Assembly: GCA_025455045.1 (NCBI GenBank) | Contig: JALONJ010000001.1 | Location: 3,642-67,641 of the forward strand | DNA: 64,000 nucleotides | From: Microscillaceae bacterium | Lineage (GTDB): Bacteria > Bacteroidota > Bacteroidia > Cytophagales > Microscillaceae | Reading direction: 5' to 3' | Part shown: one piece after another, positions 54,854 through 62,984 of the stretch | How positions within the stretch are numbered: the stretch's first letter is position 1 | Layout: every line of letters begins with the position of its first letter | Made by a program: the position numbers and the translations under genes | Notes under the pieces: model-generated | Told to the model about the DNA's origin: nothing | Databases searched by the model: none | The model's input: only the letters and a program-made list of their open reading frames with translations

Positions 54854-55837
54854 TTATTGGTTTTTTAGGACAATAAAAGTCTGGGTCTTTTTCTCCTCTG
54901 TACCACTGGTATCAAAGGCTAAGGGCGAATAATTTTTGGGCAATAAAGCCGAACTTACGCCATTTTTTGCCAAAAAATCACTGATTTTTTGGGCTTTGGT
55001 GGCTGAGGCATCTTGATGTTCGCTATCAGGGGTCTCGCTGGCAATCATCACACTTACATTTTTATGATTGACCAATACATCAGCCAATACTTCTAGGGCT
55101 TTTTTGCCTATGTCATTCAAATTCAAGGACTTATCAAACCAAGCCTCATCACCCAAAGCCAGCAAAGTCTGGTTTTCAAGGGTTTTGATTTGCAATTCAT
55201 TTTCCTTAAAATTCTCGAGCAAATTTTTCAACTGCTCCGAGAGTTTTTGTGCCGACAGCCGCGCGGTTTCACTGATAGGATTCTGAGGGGCTGCTTCAGT
55301 ATTTGGACTTTTAAGTATCTGATTATTAAGCACTTGCGAATTTGGAGCATTTTGCAAATCAGGATTTGGGTTGGTCTGTGGGCTGGTATAAATCCCGTTG
55401 GAATTAGATATACTGGGATTGATTTGCCCATTTGGTTTGACTTGTTGTGCCAAATAACGTACTTCTTGATTTTTGGCTTCCAAATTTTGGCGATGCAAAT
55501 TGGCTTCCTGAGAGCTGTTTTTTGCCAATTGGTCATATTCACTGACCAAACGCGTGTATTCGGTTTGCCATTTGCCTACAATTTCGTTGAGGCTATCTTG
55601 TTGTTGGCGCATTTTATACTCAAGGCGTGCGTTTTCAGTTCTTAGCTGTTGAATCTGATTTTGCAAATAAACCATTTCGCTGCGAGCTTTGTCCAATTGC
55701 ATATCTTTGCCCCGCCCCGCAAGTTCAGTTTCTTGAGCTTGCGACATTGCGGACTGATATTTTTTTGAACTTACACAAGCCCCCAGCCAAAAAGTGCCAC
55801 TAAGTAAGATAATAATTTTAATGCGTAAATTTTTCAT
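54854..55837 (-). CDS. coiled-coil lipoprotein with degenerate OmpA/MotB-like C-terminal domain
   Basis: ATG 55837 gives MKNLRIKIIILLSGTFWLGAC lipobox; long coiled coil; low-complexity N/P/Q linker; C-terminal ALEVLADVLVNHKNVSVMIASETPD...ATKAQKISDFLAKNGV resembles OmpA_C. Confidence 0.6.
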   Translation of the reverse strand: MKNLRIKIIILLSGTFWLGACVSSKKYQSAMSQAQETELAGRGKDMQLDKARSEMVYLQNQIQQLRTENARLEYKMRQQQDSLNEIVGKWQTEYTRLVSEYDQLAKNSSQEANLHRQNLEAKNQEVRYLAQQVKPNGQINPSISNSNGIYTSPQTNPNPDLQNAPNSQVLNNQILKSPNTEAAPQNPISETARLSAQKLSEQLKNLLENFKENELQIKTLENQTLLALGDEAWFDKSLNLNDIGKKALEVLADVLVNHKNVSVMIASETPDSEHQDASATKAQKISDFLAKNGVSSALLPKNYSPLAFDTSGTEEKKTQTFIVLKNQ

Positions 55838-55841
55838 AATG

Positions 55842-55870
55842 TATAAACGGTTGATTATCAGCATTTCATC
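55842..55870. repeat. Family-A palindromic repeat
   Basis: tataaacggt TGATTATCA gcatttcatc; 14 nt from the lipoprotein start codon at 55837. Confidence 0.85.
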
Positions 55871-55989
55871 TATCAAATTAACGACAAAATAGCAAATTTT
55901 GTACTATTTTGGAAAAAATCTTATAACTCGCAGTTCAAGGAAGGGTTATTATAAGTAGATAAAGTTCTTAGCAAAAGAATTGGCAACAA

Positions 55990-56018
55990 TATAAGTATCT
56001 GATTATCAATTGATTACA
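55990..56018. repeat. Family-A palindromic repeat
   Basis: tataagtatc TGATTATCA attgattaca. Confidence 0.9.
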
Positions 56019-56209
56019 AATTTAATCAATGATTTTATTTCTTATCAGCTTCAAAAAACTATTTCTCTGGTTTTTCTAATTTTTTGTTAAAAATAACACC
56101 CATCGGTTATTTTCAGCGTTATTAAGATGATTTAGCAGTTTTAAACTTGCAAAGCGATTATATTTCGTTTATTTTAGTAAATTAATTGGATTTGGAAAAT
56201 TAATTTTTA

Positions 56210-56238
56210 TATAATAATTTGATAATCAAATAGTTATA
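56210..56238. repeat. Family-A palindromic repeat
   Basis: tataataatt TGATAATCA aatagttata. Confidence 0.9.
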
Positions 56239-56387
56239 AAAAAATATTCATTTCAGTCAAAATTTTAGGATAATAAAATTAACTCAAATTTTTGTTGGGA
56301 ATCATTGCTCGTCAATCCATAATTATTAGGCAATTTTATCCATCAAAAAAAACAATTTGCGCAATCATTTAATTTCCACAAGCCCCC

Positions 56388-58469
56388 ATGAAAAAAGTAA
56401 TTTATTGGCTGCCTTTATTGATTCTACCGGCTCTGGTTTGGAGTTTTACCCAAAACAATCCCTTCAAAACCCGAAGCGATGCCCGGCTCGATTTTGCTTA
56501 TACGCTGTCGGACACTTCTTTGCTCAAACCAATGGAAGTACATCCCAACAAAGCGATGATTTTGAGCAATATTATGCGCTATCATTATAGCCGCAAATCT
56601 ATCAATGATGAAGTATCAACGGCAATGTTTGATGCTTATCTGAAATCATTGGACAATGGCAAGGTTTATTTTTTAGCTTCTGATGTTGAGAAATTTAATA
56701 AATATCGTTTTGAACTCGATAATTTGACTACTGAAGGCAATGTAAGCATTGCTTTTGATATTTTTAATGTCTATAAACAACGTGTATTGGAGAGAATTGA
56801 CAAAATATTGGCAAATTTGAACCAAAACTATGACTTTTCTACCGATGAATACCTCGAGACCGACCGCGACAAAGCCAATTGGGCAAAAAATATCGGCGAA
56901 TTGGACGAGTATTGGCGCAAATACCTCAAAAGCCAAGCCCTTAGCCTCAAATTGAGCAATAAAAAACCCGACGAAATCAATCAAACGCTCAAAAAACGCT
57001 ATGAGCGTTATCGCAAAACTATCACGCAAATCAACAGTGAAGACGTATTTCAAACCTATATGAACGCCCTCACCGAAACGTTTGACCCACATACCAACTA
57101 CTTTTCGCCGGTATCGGCTGCCAATTTCAATATGAATATGAAAAAGTCGTTTGAAGGAATTGGTGCCAGATTACAAACTCAAGACGACTATACTGTCATC
57201 AATGAAGTGATGCCCGGCGGACCGGCTTTCAAAGGCAAAGAACTCAAAAAAGGTGATAAAATCATTGCGGTAGCTCAGGGCGATGAAGGCGATTTTGAAG
57301 ATGTAATCGGCTGGCGGATTGATGATGTAGTGAGCTTGATTCGCGGACAAAAAGGCACAACTGTTCGCCTCAAAATAGTACCCGCCAACTCGGGCGCAGA
57401 AGCCCCGCCGTTAGTAATTCGCTTGGTGCGGGATAAAATAAAAATTGAAGATGAATCGGCTACCAAAAAAATCGTTTCTGTCAATTTAGATGGTAAAGAA
57501 TACAAAATGGGCGTAATTGAAATACCCTCATTCTACCTCGACTTCAAAGATTACCAAAGCGGTAATCCCGACTACAAAAGCACGAGTGGCGATGTGCGCA
57601 AATTGATAAAAGAATTGCAAGCCGAAAAAATAGACGGTTTGATGATTGACTTGCGCAACAATGGCGGCGGCTCTTTGAAGGAAGCCATTGACCTTACCGG
57701 CTTATTTATCAAAAAAGGACCGGTGGTACAAGTTCGCAATACCAAAGGCGAAATTGACATTGATGAAGACACCAATCCCGATATTGTCTATGAAGGACCT
57801 TTGGCGGTATTGGTCAATAGTTTTAGTGCTTCAGCCTCCGAAATTTTTGCCGGAGCCATTCAAGATTACAAACGCGGGCTGATATTGGGCGAACAAACTT
57901 ATGGCAAAGGCACAGTGCAAAGCCCCATTGATTTGGCACAATATCTCAAAAACGGTGATCAAAACCAAGGGCAAATTAACCTTACCTTATCTAAGTTTTA
58001 TCGGGTAAACGGGAGTAGCACCCAAAACAAAGGTGTAATTCCTGATGTGGTTTTTCCGGCTCTCTACGACCGTAGCGAAGTAAGCGAAGCCGCCGAGCGC
58101 GCCGCCTTGCCTTGGGACGAAATCAAATCCTCCAATTTTGATAAAGTAAATATGATAAACGCTGATATGGTTGATAAATTGAATAAATTTTATCAAAAAC
58201 AGCTAAAAAATGATGAAGATTTGAAAAAAACCGTTCGTGATATTGAAGAATTCAAATCTCTTCGCAAAAAAACCAAAATCTCGTTGCAAGAAACCAAACG
58301 CCGCCAAGAAATGGCAGAAATAGAGAAAAAACAAGCCGAGCGCAAAAAATTAGAAGGAGTTGAAGAAGATGATGAGCCTAGCGAAGCGCAACCCGAACCC
58401 AAAAAAGACAAAGATACATTTCTCAAAATAGCTCTCGACTTGTTGGCAGAAATGGGAAAGAAAAAATAA
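56388..58469 (+). CDS. carboxy-terminal processing (tail-specific) protease, peptidase S41 family
   Basis: 693 aa; PDZ region (FEGIGARLQTQDDYTVINEVMPGGPA), S41 catalytic blocks (DLRNNGGGSL, NSFSASASEIFAGAIQDY, TYGKGTVQ); lysine/glutamate-rich tail. Confidence 0.9.
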   Translation: MKKVIYWLPLLILPALVWSFTQNNPFKTRSDARLDFAYTLSDTSLLKPMEVHPNKAMILSNIMRYHYSRKSINDEVSTAMFDAYLKSLDNGKVYFLASDVEKFNKYRFELDNLTTEGNVSIAFDIFNVYKQRVLERIDKILANLNQNYDFSTDEYLETDRDKANWAKNIGELDEYWRKYLKSQALSLKLSNKKPDEINQTLKKRYERYRKTITQINSEDVFQTYMNALTETFDPHTNYFSPVSAANFNMNMKKSFEGIGARLQTQDDYTVINEVMPGGPAFKGKELKKGDKIIAVAQGDEGDFEDVIGWRIDDVVSLIRGQKGTTVRLKIVPANSGAEAPPLVIRLVRDKIKIEDESATKKIVSVNLDGKEYKMGVIEIPSFYLDFKDYQSGNPDYKSTSGDVRKLIKELQAEKIDGLMIDLRNNGGGSLKEAIDLTGLFIKKGPVVQVRNTKGEIDIDEDTNPDIVYEGPLAVLVNSFSASASEIFAGAIQDYKRGLILGEQTYGKGTVQSPIDLAQYLKNGDQNQGQINLTLSKFYRVNGSSTQNKGVIPDVVFPALYDRSEVSEAAERAALPWDEIKSSNFDKVNMINADMVDKLNKFYQKQLKNDEDLKKTVRDIEEFKSLRKKTKISLQETKRRQEMAEIEKKQAERKKLEGVEEDDEPSEAQPEPKKDKDTFLKIALDLLAEMGKKK

Positions 58470-58482
58470 ATAGATAGAACGA

Positions 58483-58511
58483 GGTAATCATCTGATAATC
58501 AAGGTTTTACT
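58483..58511. repeat. Family-A palindromic repeat
   Basis: ggtaatcatc TGATAATCA aggttttact. Confidence 0.8.
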
Positions 58512-58526
58512 TCCCTCCTACTCACC

Positions 58527-58560
58527 CAAAAACCACCTTAGCTGAAGCAAGGTGGTTTTT
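58527..58560 (+). terminator. Rho-independent terminator after the S41 protease gene
   Basis: aaaaaccacctt agctgaagc aaggtggttttt. Confidence 0.8.
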
Positions 58561-58835
58561 GAAAAAATATATTGTTATTATATAATTTATTTTAAAAATA
58601 ATTATCAAAATAATCAATTTTCAAATTTGACCTTGGCGTAGATTTGCGCAACTGATATTTGGTAGCTTAAAACAGTCAAATCTTCTTCCGGCTTTTGCAA
58701 AATAGTGAGTATTCATTGGTTATTGGCATTTTTTATATAGCTCTCGGAGCTGATTTCAGTTTGCCCCCACTGAAACAAGCCTCTGGCTTTCCTCCGCGAA
58801 GTGGAGTAAGGTTTGGACTGAGCGTCCCGCCTTCC

Positions 58836-58912
58836 TCCGCCTCAAGCGGAGTATAGGCGTGGGTGGCTAGATGCAAAGAGACAGCTAAGTACTTGATAAT
58901 CAAGTGATTATA
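58836..58912 (-). mobile_element. Family-F internal fragment
   Basis: ctccgcctcaagcggagtataggcgtgggtggctag...(A core 58894); matches 14690-14772. Confidence 0.5.
58884..58912. repeat. Family-A palindromic repeat
   Basis: gctaagtact TGATAATCA agtgattata. Confidence 0.9.
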
Positions 58913-59080
58913 TAACTAAAAATGAGCCAAAAGTATCATTGAGCCATTATGATAAGTAGTATTTTGGGCGTGCTGCTGCCATCGATTAGGTAACTAAGTA
59001 TCTGATAGTCAGCCTATTAGTTGATAGTATCTTTCGGAATAGTTGGCACGAGCCAGAGTCTTGCGCGAGTGGGGGGGGGT

Positions 59081-59148
59081 AGAAGCTCAGAGACCTTTTG
59101 TTTCATTTATTGTGTCCAATTGCCCTTTGGAAGACTGGACAGAACAGG
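59081..59148 (+). mobile_element. Family-F right-end fragment
   Basis: agaagctcagagaccttttgtttcatttattgtgtccaattgccctttggaagactggacagaacagg; matches the F1 right end. Confidence 0.5.
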
Positions 59149-59228
59149 AGTATTTAAAAATTATCAAACAAACGCTTAACTAATTGACCATTAAATAGTT
59201 ATAAAAATATCATTTAGAAAATCTTGCA

Positions 59229-60374
59229 ATGCACTACGACTATATTTTGGCAGGGGCGGGTTGCGCCGGTTTGAGCCTGGCTTATCGCCTCAATCAACAC
59301 CCCGAGCTAAGGCAGAAAAAAATTTTAGTTCTGGACAAAAACCTCAAAAATCAAAATGACCGAACTTGGTGTTTTTGGGTACAGGGTTCTACCCCTTTTG
59401 ATGCCATTGCTCACAAAACTTGGGACAATATTTGGTTTCATCACGCCGCCTTTTCCCAAAAATTTAATCTTGCGCCGTATCGCTACCAAATGATTCGCGG
59501 CTTAGATTTTTATGAATTTGTGTTGAATGATTTGTCCCAAAACCCTCATATCACTATTCAATGGGGCAACATTGCCAATCTCCAAAGTCAAGCTCAAGTA
59601 GCCAGCTTAGAGCTTGATAATCAGGCTATTACCGCCGATTGGATATTCAACAGCCTGCCCCCGACAATGCCCGAAAAACGCCCCAATTTTCATTATTATT
59701 TGCAACATTTCAAGGGTTGGGTGGTCGAGACTCCGCAAGCCTTTTTTGATGACTCGACGGCTACTTTTATGGATTTTCGCATACCCCAGCAAAGCGGCGA
59801 AGCTCGTTTTTTTTACGTGTTGCCCACTTCGCCCACGCGAGCTTTGGTAGAGTTTACAGTATTTTCCGAAAATTTATTGCCCGAGGCACAATACGACGAA
59901 GAATTGAAAAAGTATTTTCAAACATTCTTGCAACTATCTGATTATCAAATAGTTGAGCAAGAATTTGGAATTATTCCAATGTACGATACTTCGTTTGCTA
60001 CCCGACACAGTCCTCGTATTCTCAACATTGGCATTACCGGCGGACGTGCCAAAGCCAGCACCGGTTATACGTTTATGAATATTCAAAAACAAAGCGACCG
60101 AATCATTGCCTCTTTGCTCAACAATCAGCACCCTTTTTATACTGAATCAGCTTGGCATCGCTTTCAATTGTATGATAGTATGCTTCTCAATGTCTTAAAA
60201 AACCACCGTAAACTTGCCGCCGATGTATTTCGGATAATGTTTGAACGGCATCCGCTACCCCGGATATGGCGTTTTTTGGACGAAAAATCCAATTTTTGGG
60301 AAGAACTCCAAATTATGGCTTCGATGCCTCCCCTACCCTTTTTGCAAGCCCTGCCACAGGTTTTGTGGCGATGA
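59229..60374 (+). CDS. crtY: lycopene cyclase family protein
   Basis: 381 aa; N-terminal FAD fold YDYILAGAGCAGLSLAYRL; EQEFGIIPM and GITGGRAKASTGYTF blocks typical of CrtY/CrtL. Confidence 0.8.
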   Translation: MHYDYILAGAGCAGLSLAYRLNQHPELRQKKILVLDKNLKNQNDRTWCFWVQGSTPFDAIAHKTWDNIWFHHAAFSQKFNLAPYRYQMIRGLDFYEFVLNDLSQNPHITIQWGNIANLQSQAQVASLELDNQAITADWIFNSLPPTMPEKRPNFHYYLQHFKGWVVETPQAFFDDSTATFMDFRIPQQSGEARFFYVLPTSPTRALVEFTVFSENLLPEAQYDEELKKYFQTFLQLSDYQIVEQEFGIIPMYDTSFATRHSPRILNIGITGGRAKASTGYTFMNIQKQSDRIIASLLNNQHPFYTESAWHRFQLYDSMLLNVLKNHRKLAADVFRIMFERHPLPRIWRFLDEKSNFWEELQIMASMPPLPFLQALPQVLWR

Positions 60375-60552
60375 TTTTATTGTATTGAGCAGTCACACTG
60401 AATAAATTTGTCATTTTTTCAAAAATCACAATATTTCGTAGAGATTTTTTTATGGGTTGTGTATGGTCTTTGGCAGATTTCCAAGTCCTGACAATGTTTT
60501 ATATTTATTTGGATAAGTATTTGATTTCCAAATACTTACTTTTTAGCGCAAA

Positions 60553-60581
60553 CTTGCCTCCGCCTTGGGCGGACAGGCAAG
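60553..60581. terminator. GC-rich hairpin downstream of crtY
   Basis: cttgcctccgcc ttg ggcggacaggcaag followed by an A-run then a T-run. Confidence 0.55.
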
Positions 60582-60771
60582 GGCTTAAAAAAAAATTTTT
60601 GAATTACTGATTAATGTTATTATATAAATTATTTTAATAAAATTATAAATAAAAAATAAAATAATGAATCCAATTTTTTCTCGCTCGTTGTCGATTTCCA
60701 TTTTTAGGAATAATTGCAAAATAAAGTAAACTTTTTAAAAACATAATCAATTGAAAATCAGGCAATTAAAC

Positions 60772-60827
60772 AATTCCTAATTCCCAATTATTAATTCCTA
60801 ATTCCTGATTCCTGATTCCTTATTCTC
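60772..60827 (+). repeat. 7-nt tandem repeat x8 (consensus AATTCCT)
   Basis: aattcct aattccc aattatt aattcct aattcct gattcct gattcct tattctc. Confidence 0.85.
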
Positions 60828-60957
60828 ATTGTTTTAGTTATTTTTGAAACTTATCATTAATTTGCCCTTGATTTGTAAACAATTCGATTTTAATTTTTTT
60901 TTCTATAAAAATTGTCTTGTCAAATTCCAATTTTCAATTCCTAAATTTTGTTAAATA

Positions 60958-62742
60958 ATGGAACCGATTACAGGCTTAGATGCTACTTTTTTATATACCG
61001 AAACCGCCAATAGCCCAATGCACGTGGGCAGTGTGGCGGTGATAGAAGGCTCTTTAAATTTTGAAGACTTTAGGCAGGTTTTGCTCTCGCGCTTGCATTT
61101 AATCCCCAAATTGCGCCAAAAGCTGGTCCAAGTTCCCTTTAATATAGACTATCCTTATTGGGCTGATGACCCCAATTTTGATATTGATATGCACCTTCAG
61201 CATATTGCACTGCCTCAGCCCGGCAGTTGGAAAGAGTTGCGCAATACTGCCTCGAGTATTATGAGCGAACATCTCGACCGCTCGCGCCCCTTGTGGTCAA
61301 TTACTTTTGTCGAGGGCTTGAATAATATTCCGCAGGTTCCGGCAGGTTCGGTGGCTTTGATAGCCAAAATTCACCACGTAGCCATCGATGGAATGGCGGG
61401 CGCAGGTTTGTTGAGCTTGATTTTTGATTTTAGCCCCAAGCCGGCAAAGTTGCCCGCGCCCAAACCTTACGAACCAAAACCCTTTCCTGACCAGTTTTCG
61501 TTGATTTATAACAGTACGATGAGCTTTTTGTCTAAGCCCCTCAGACTGCCACAAGTCTTATCTGATGCGGTTTCGACTACTTTCAAACTGGGTTTTATGA
61601 ATCAAGCTCAAAATATTAAGTTGCCGATTGCGCCCTTTACGGCACCCCCCAGTGTTTTGAATCGAATTATCTCTCCACGAAGAAAATGGAATACGGCAAT
61701 CTTGTCGCTCGATCGCGTAAAAGCCCTCAAAGATGCGATGGACACTACGCTGAATGATGTGATTTTAGCAATTTGTTCGGGAGCTTTGCGGCGATATTTG
61801 TTAGAAAAAAAGAAATTGCCTTTAAAACCCTTGGTGGGAATGGTGCCAATCTCGACGCGAACTCCGGCAGAAAACCGTGATTTGGGCAATCAGATTTCTT
61901 CTATGCTGGTGCAATTGCCCACCCATATCGAAGACCCGATAGAACGCCTTGAGACTGTCCACGAAAATACCATTCGCGGCAAAATCTATCAACAGGCTTT
62001 GGGCGCAAAAACCCTCGCCAAACTTGCCGAAGCTGTTCCGTTTGGCATTGCCAATCAAGCGGCGCAATTGTACTCGCAATATCAAATCGCCGAAATGCAC
62101 AATCCCGTTTTTAATGTAACGATTACCAATGTACCGGGTCCGCAAATGCCTTTGTATATCAATGGGCATAAATTGCTCTCGGTAATGGGTATGGCACCTA
62201 TTATTGATGGGATGGGCTTGATAATCACTATATTCAGTTATAATGGCTTGATAACTGTCAGCCCTACCTCTGATGCCAATACGATGCCCGATATTGATGT
62301 ATTTACACGCTACTTGCGCGAATCGGCAAATGAGTTGGAAGCCGCTATCCAAAAACACCTAGCCGAAAAAGAATTGAAAAATCCCGAAGAGCCTCAAGAA
62401 TCACAAATAGATAAGCTCTTTGAGATGCTCAAAAACTTGCTCAAAAACAATGCCGAGCAAATACCGGCAAATAGCGGAGTTTTTCAGCTCGAAATTCAAA
62501 ATAAAAATACGCATTATTGGAAAATTGACTTGCGAAAATCGCCCGGTATCTTGAAAAAAGAAGAAGCCACCAAGCCCGATGTAAGCCTCAAAATCAAAGA
62601 AGAACACTTGAGCAGACTTTTGCAAGGTGAATTTGGCTGGGAAACGGCTTATGTGCAAGGTAGGCTGAACTTGGAAGGCGACAAAAACAAACTCAAGAAT
62701 CTTGATGCGATGTTTGCCAAAACCTTGGCAACCAATGCTTGA
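60958..62742 (+). CDS. wax ester synthase/diacylglycerol acyltransferase (WS/DGAT) with C-terminal SCP2 sterol-carrier-like domain
   Basis: 594 aa; LDATFLYTETANSPMHVG, active-site HHVAIDGMAG (HHxxxDG), NVPGPQMPLY; last ~100 aa (FQLEIQNK...AYVQGRLNLEGDKNKLKNLDAMF) look like SCP2. Confidence 0.85.
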   Translation: MEPITGLDATFLYTETANSPMHVGSVAVIEGSLNFEDFRQVLLSRLHLIPKLRQKLVQVPFNIDYPYWADDPNFDIDMHLQHIALPQPGSWKELRNTASSIMSEHLDRSRPLWSITFVEGLNNIPQVPAGSVALIAKIHHVAIDGMAGAGLLSLIFDFSPKPAKLPAPKPYEPKPFPDQFSLIYNSTMSFLSKPLRLPQVLSDAVSTTFKLGFMNQAQNIKLPIAPFTAPPSVLNRIISPRRKWNTAILSLDRVKALKDAMDTTLNDVILAICSGALRRYLLEKKKLPLKPLVGMVPISTRTPAENRDLGNQISSMLVQLPTHIEDPIERLETVHENTIRGKIYQQALGAKTLAKLAEAVPFGIANQAAQLYSQYQIAEMHNPVFNVTITNVPGPQMPLYINGHKLLSVMGMAPIIDGMGLIITIFSYNGLITVSPTSDANTMPDIDVFTRYLRESANELEAAIQKHLAEKELKNPEEPQESQIDKLFEMLKNLLKNNAEQIPANSGVFQLEIQNKNTHYWKIDLRKSPGILKKEEATKPDVSLKIKEEHLSRLLQGEFGWETAYVQGRLNLEGDKNKLKNLDAMFAKTLATNA

Positions 62743-62756
62743 TTGGAATGATAATG

Positions 62757-62788
62757 CAAGCGTCCGATTTCAAAAAATCGGACGCTTG
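62757..62788. terminator. hairpin terminator between the convergent WS/DGAT and M3 peptidase genes
   Basis: caagcgtccgattt caaaaaa tcggacgcttg followed by ttggtttct. Confidence 0.75.
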
Positions 62789-62854
62789 TTGGTTTCTATA
62801 AGTTTATAAATGATTTTAAATAAATATAAATATCTTATAATCCTCCAAAGGCGG

Positions 62855-62941
62855 GGTGCATTTCAAATTTACGCGTTTCTATTGCCTCACCCTAGCCCTC
62901 TCCAAAGGAGAGGGTTATAGGTAGTAAATTTGAAATGCACC
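62855..62941. mobile_element. 87-bp MITE (Family M) with perfect 17-bp terminal inverted repeats and 10-bp target-site duplication
   Basis: TIRs GGTGCATTTCAAATTTA (62855-62871) and TAAATTTGAAATGCACC (62925-62941); flanking direct repeats CCAAAGGCGG at 62845-62854 and 62942-62951; internal hairpin ccctctcc aaa ggagaggg. Confidence 0.8.
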
Positions 62942-62984
62942 CCAAAGGCGGACACAAGCAAATAGTTATGAAAAATGATCTTCA

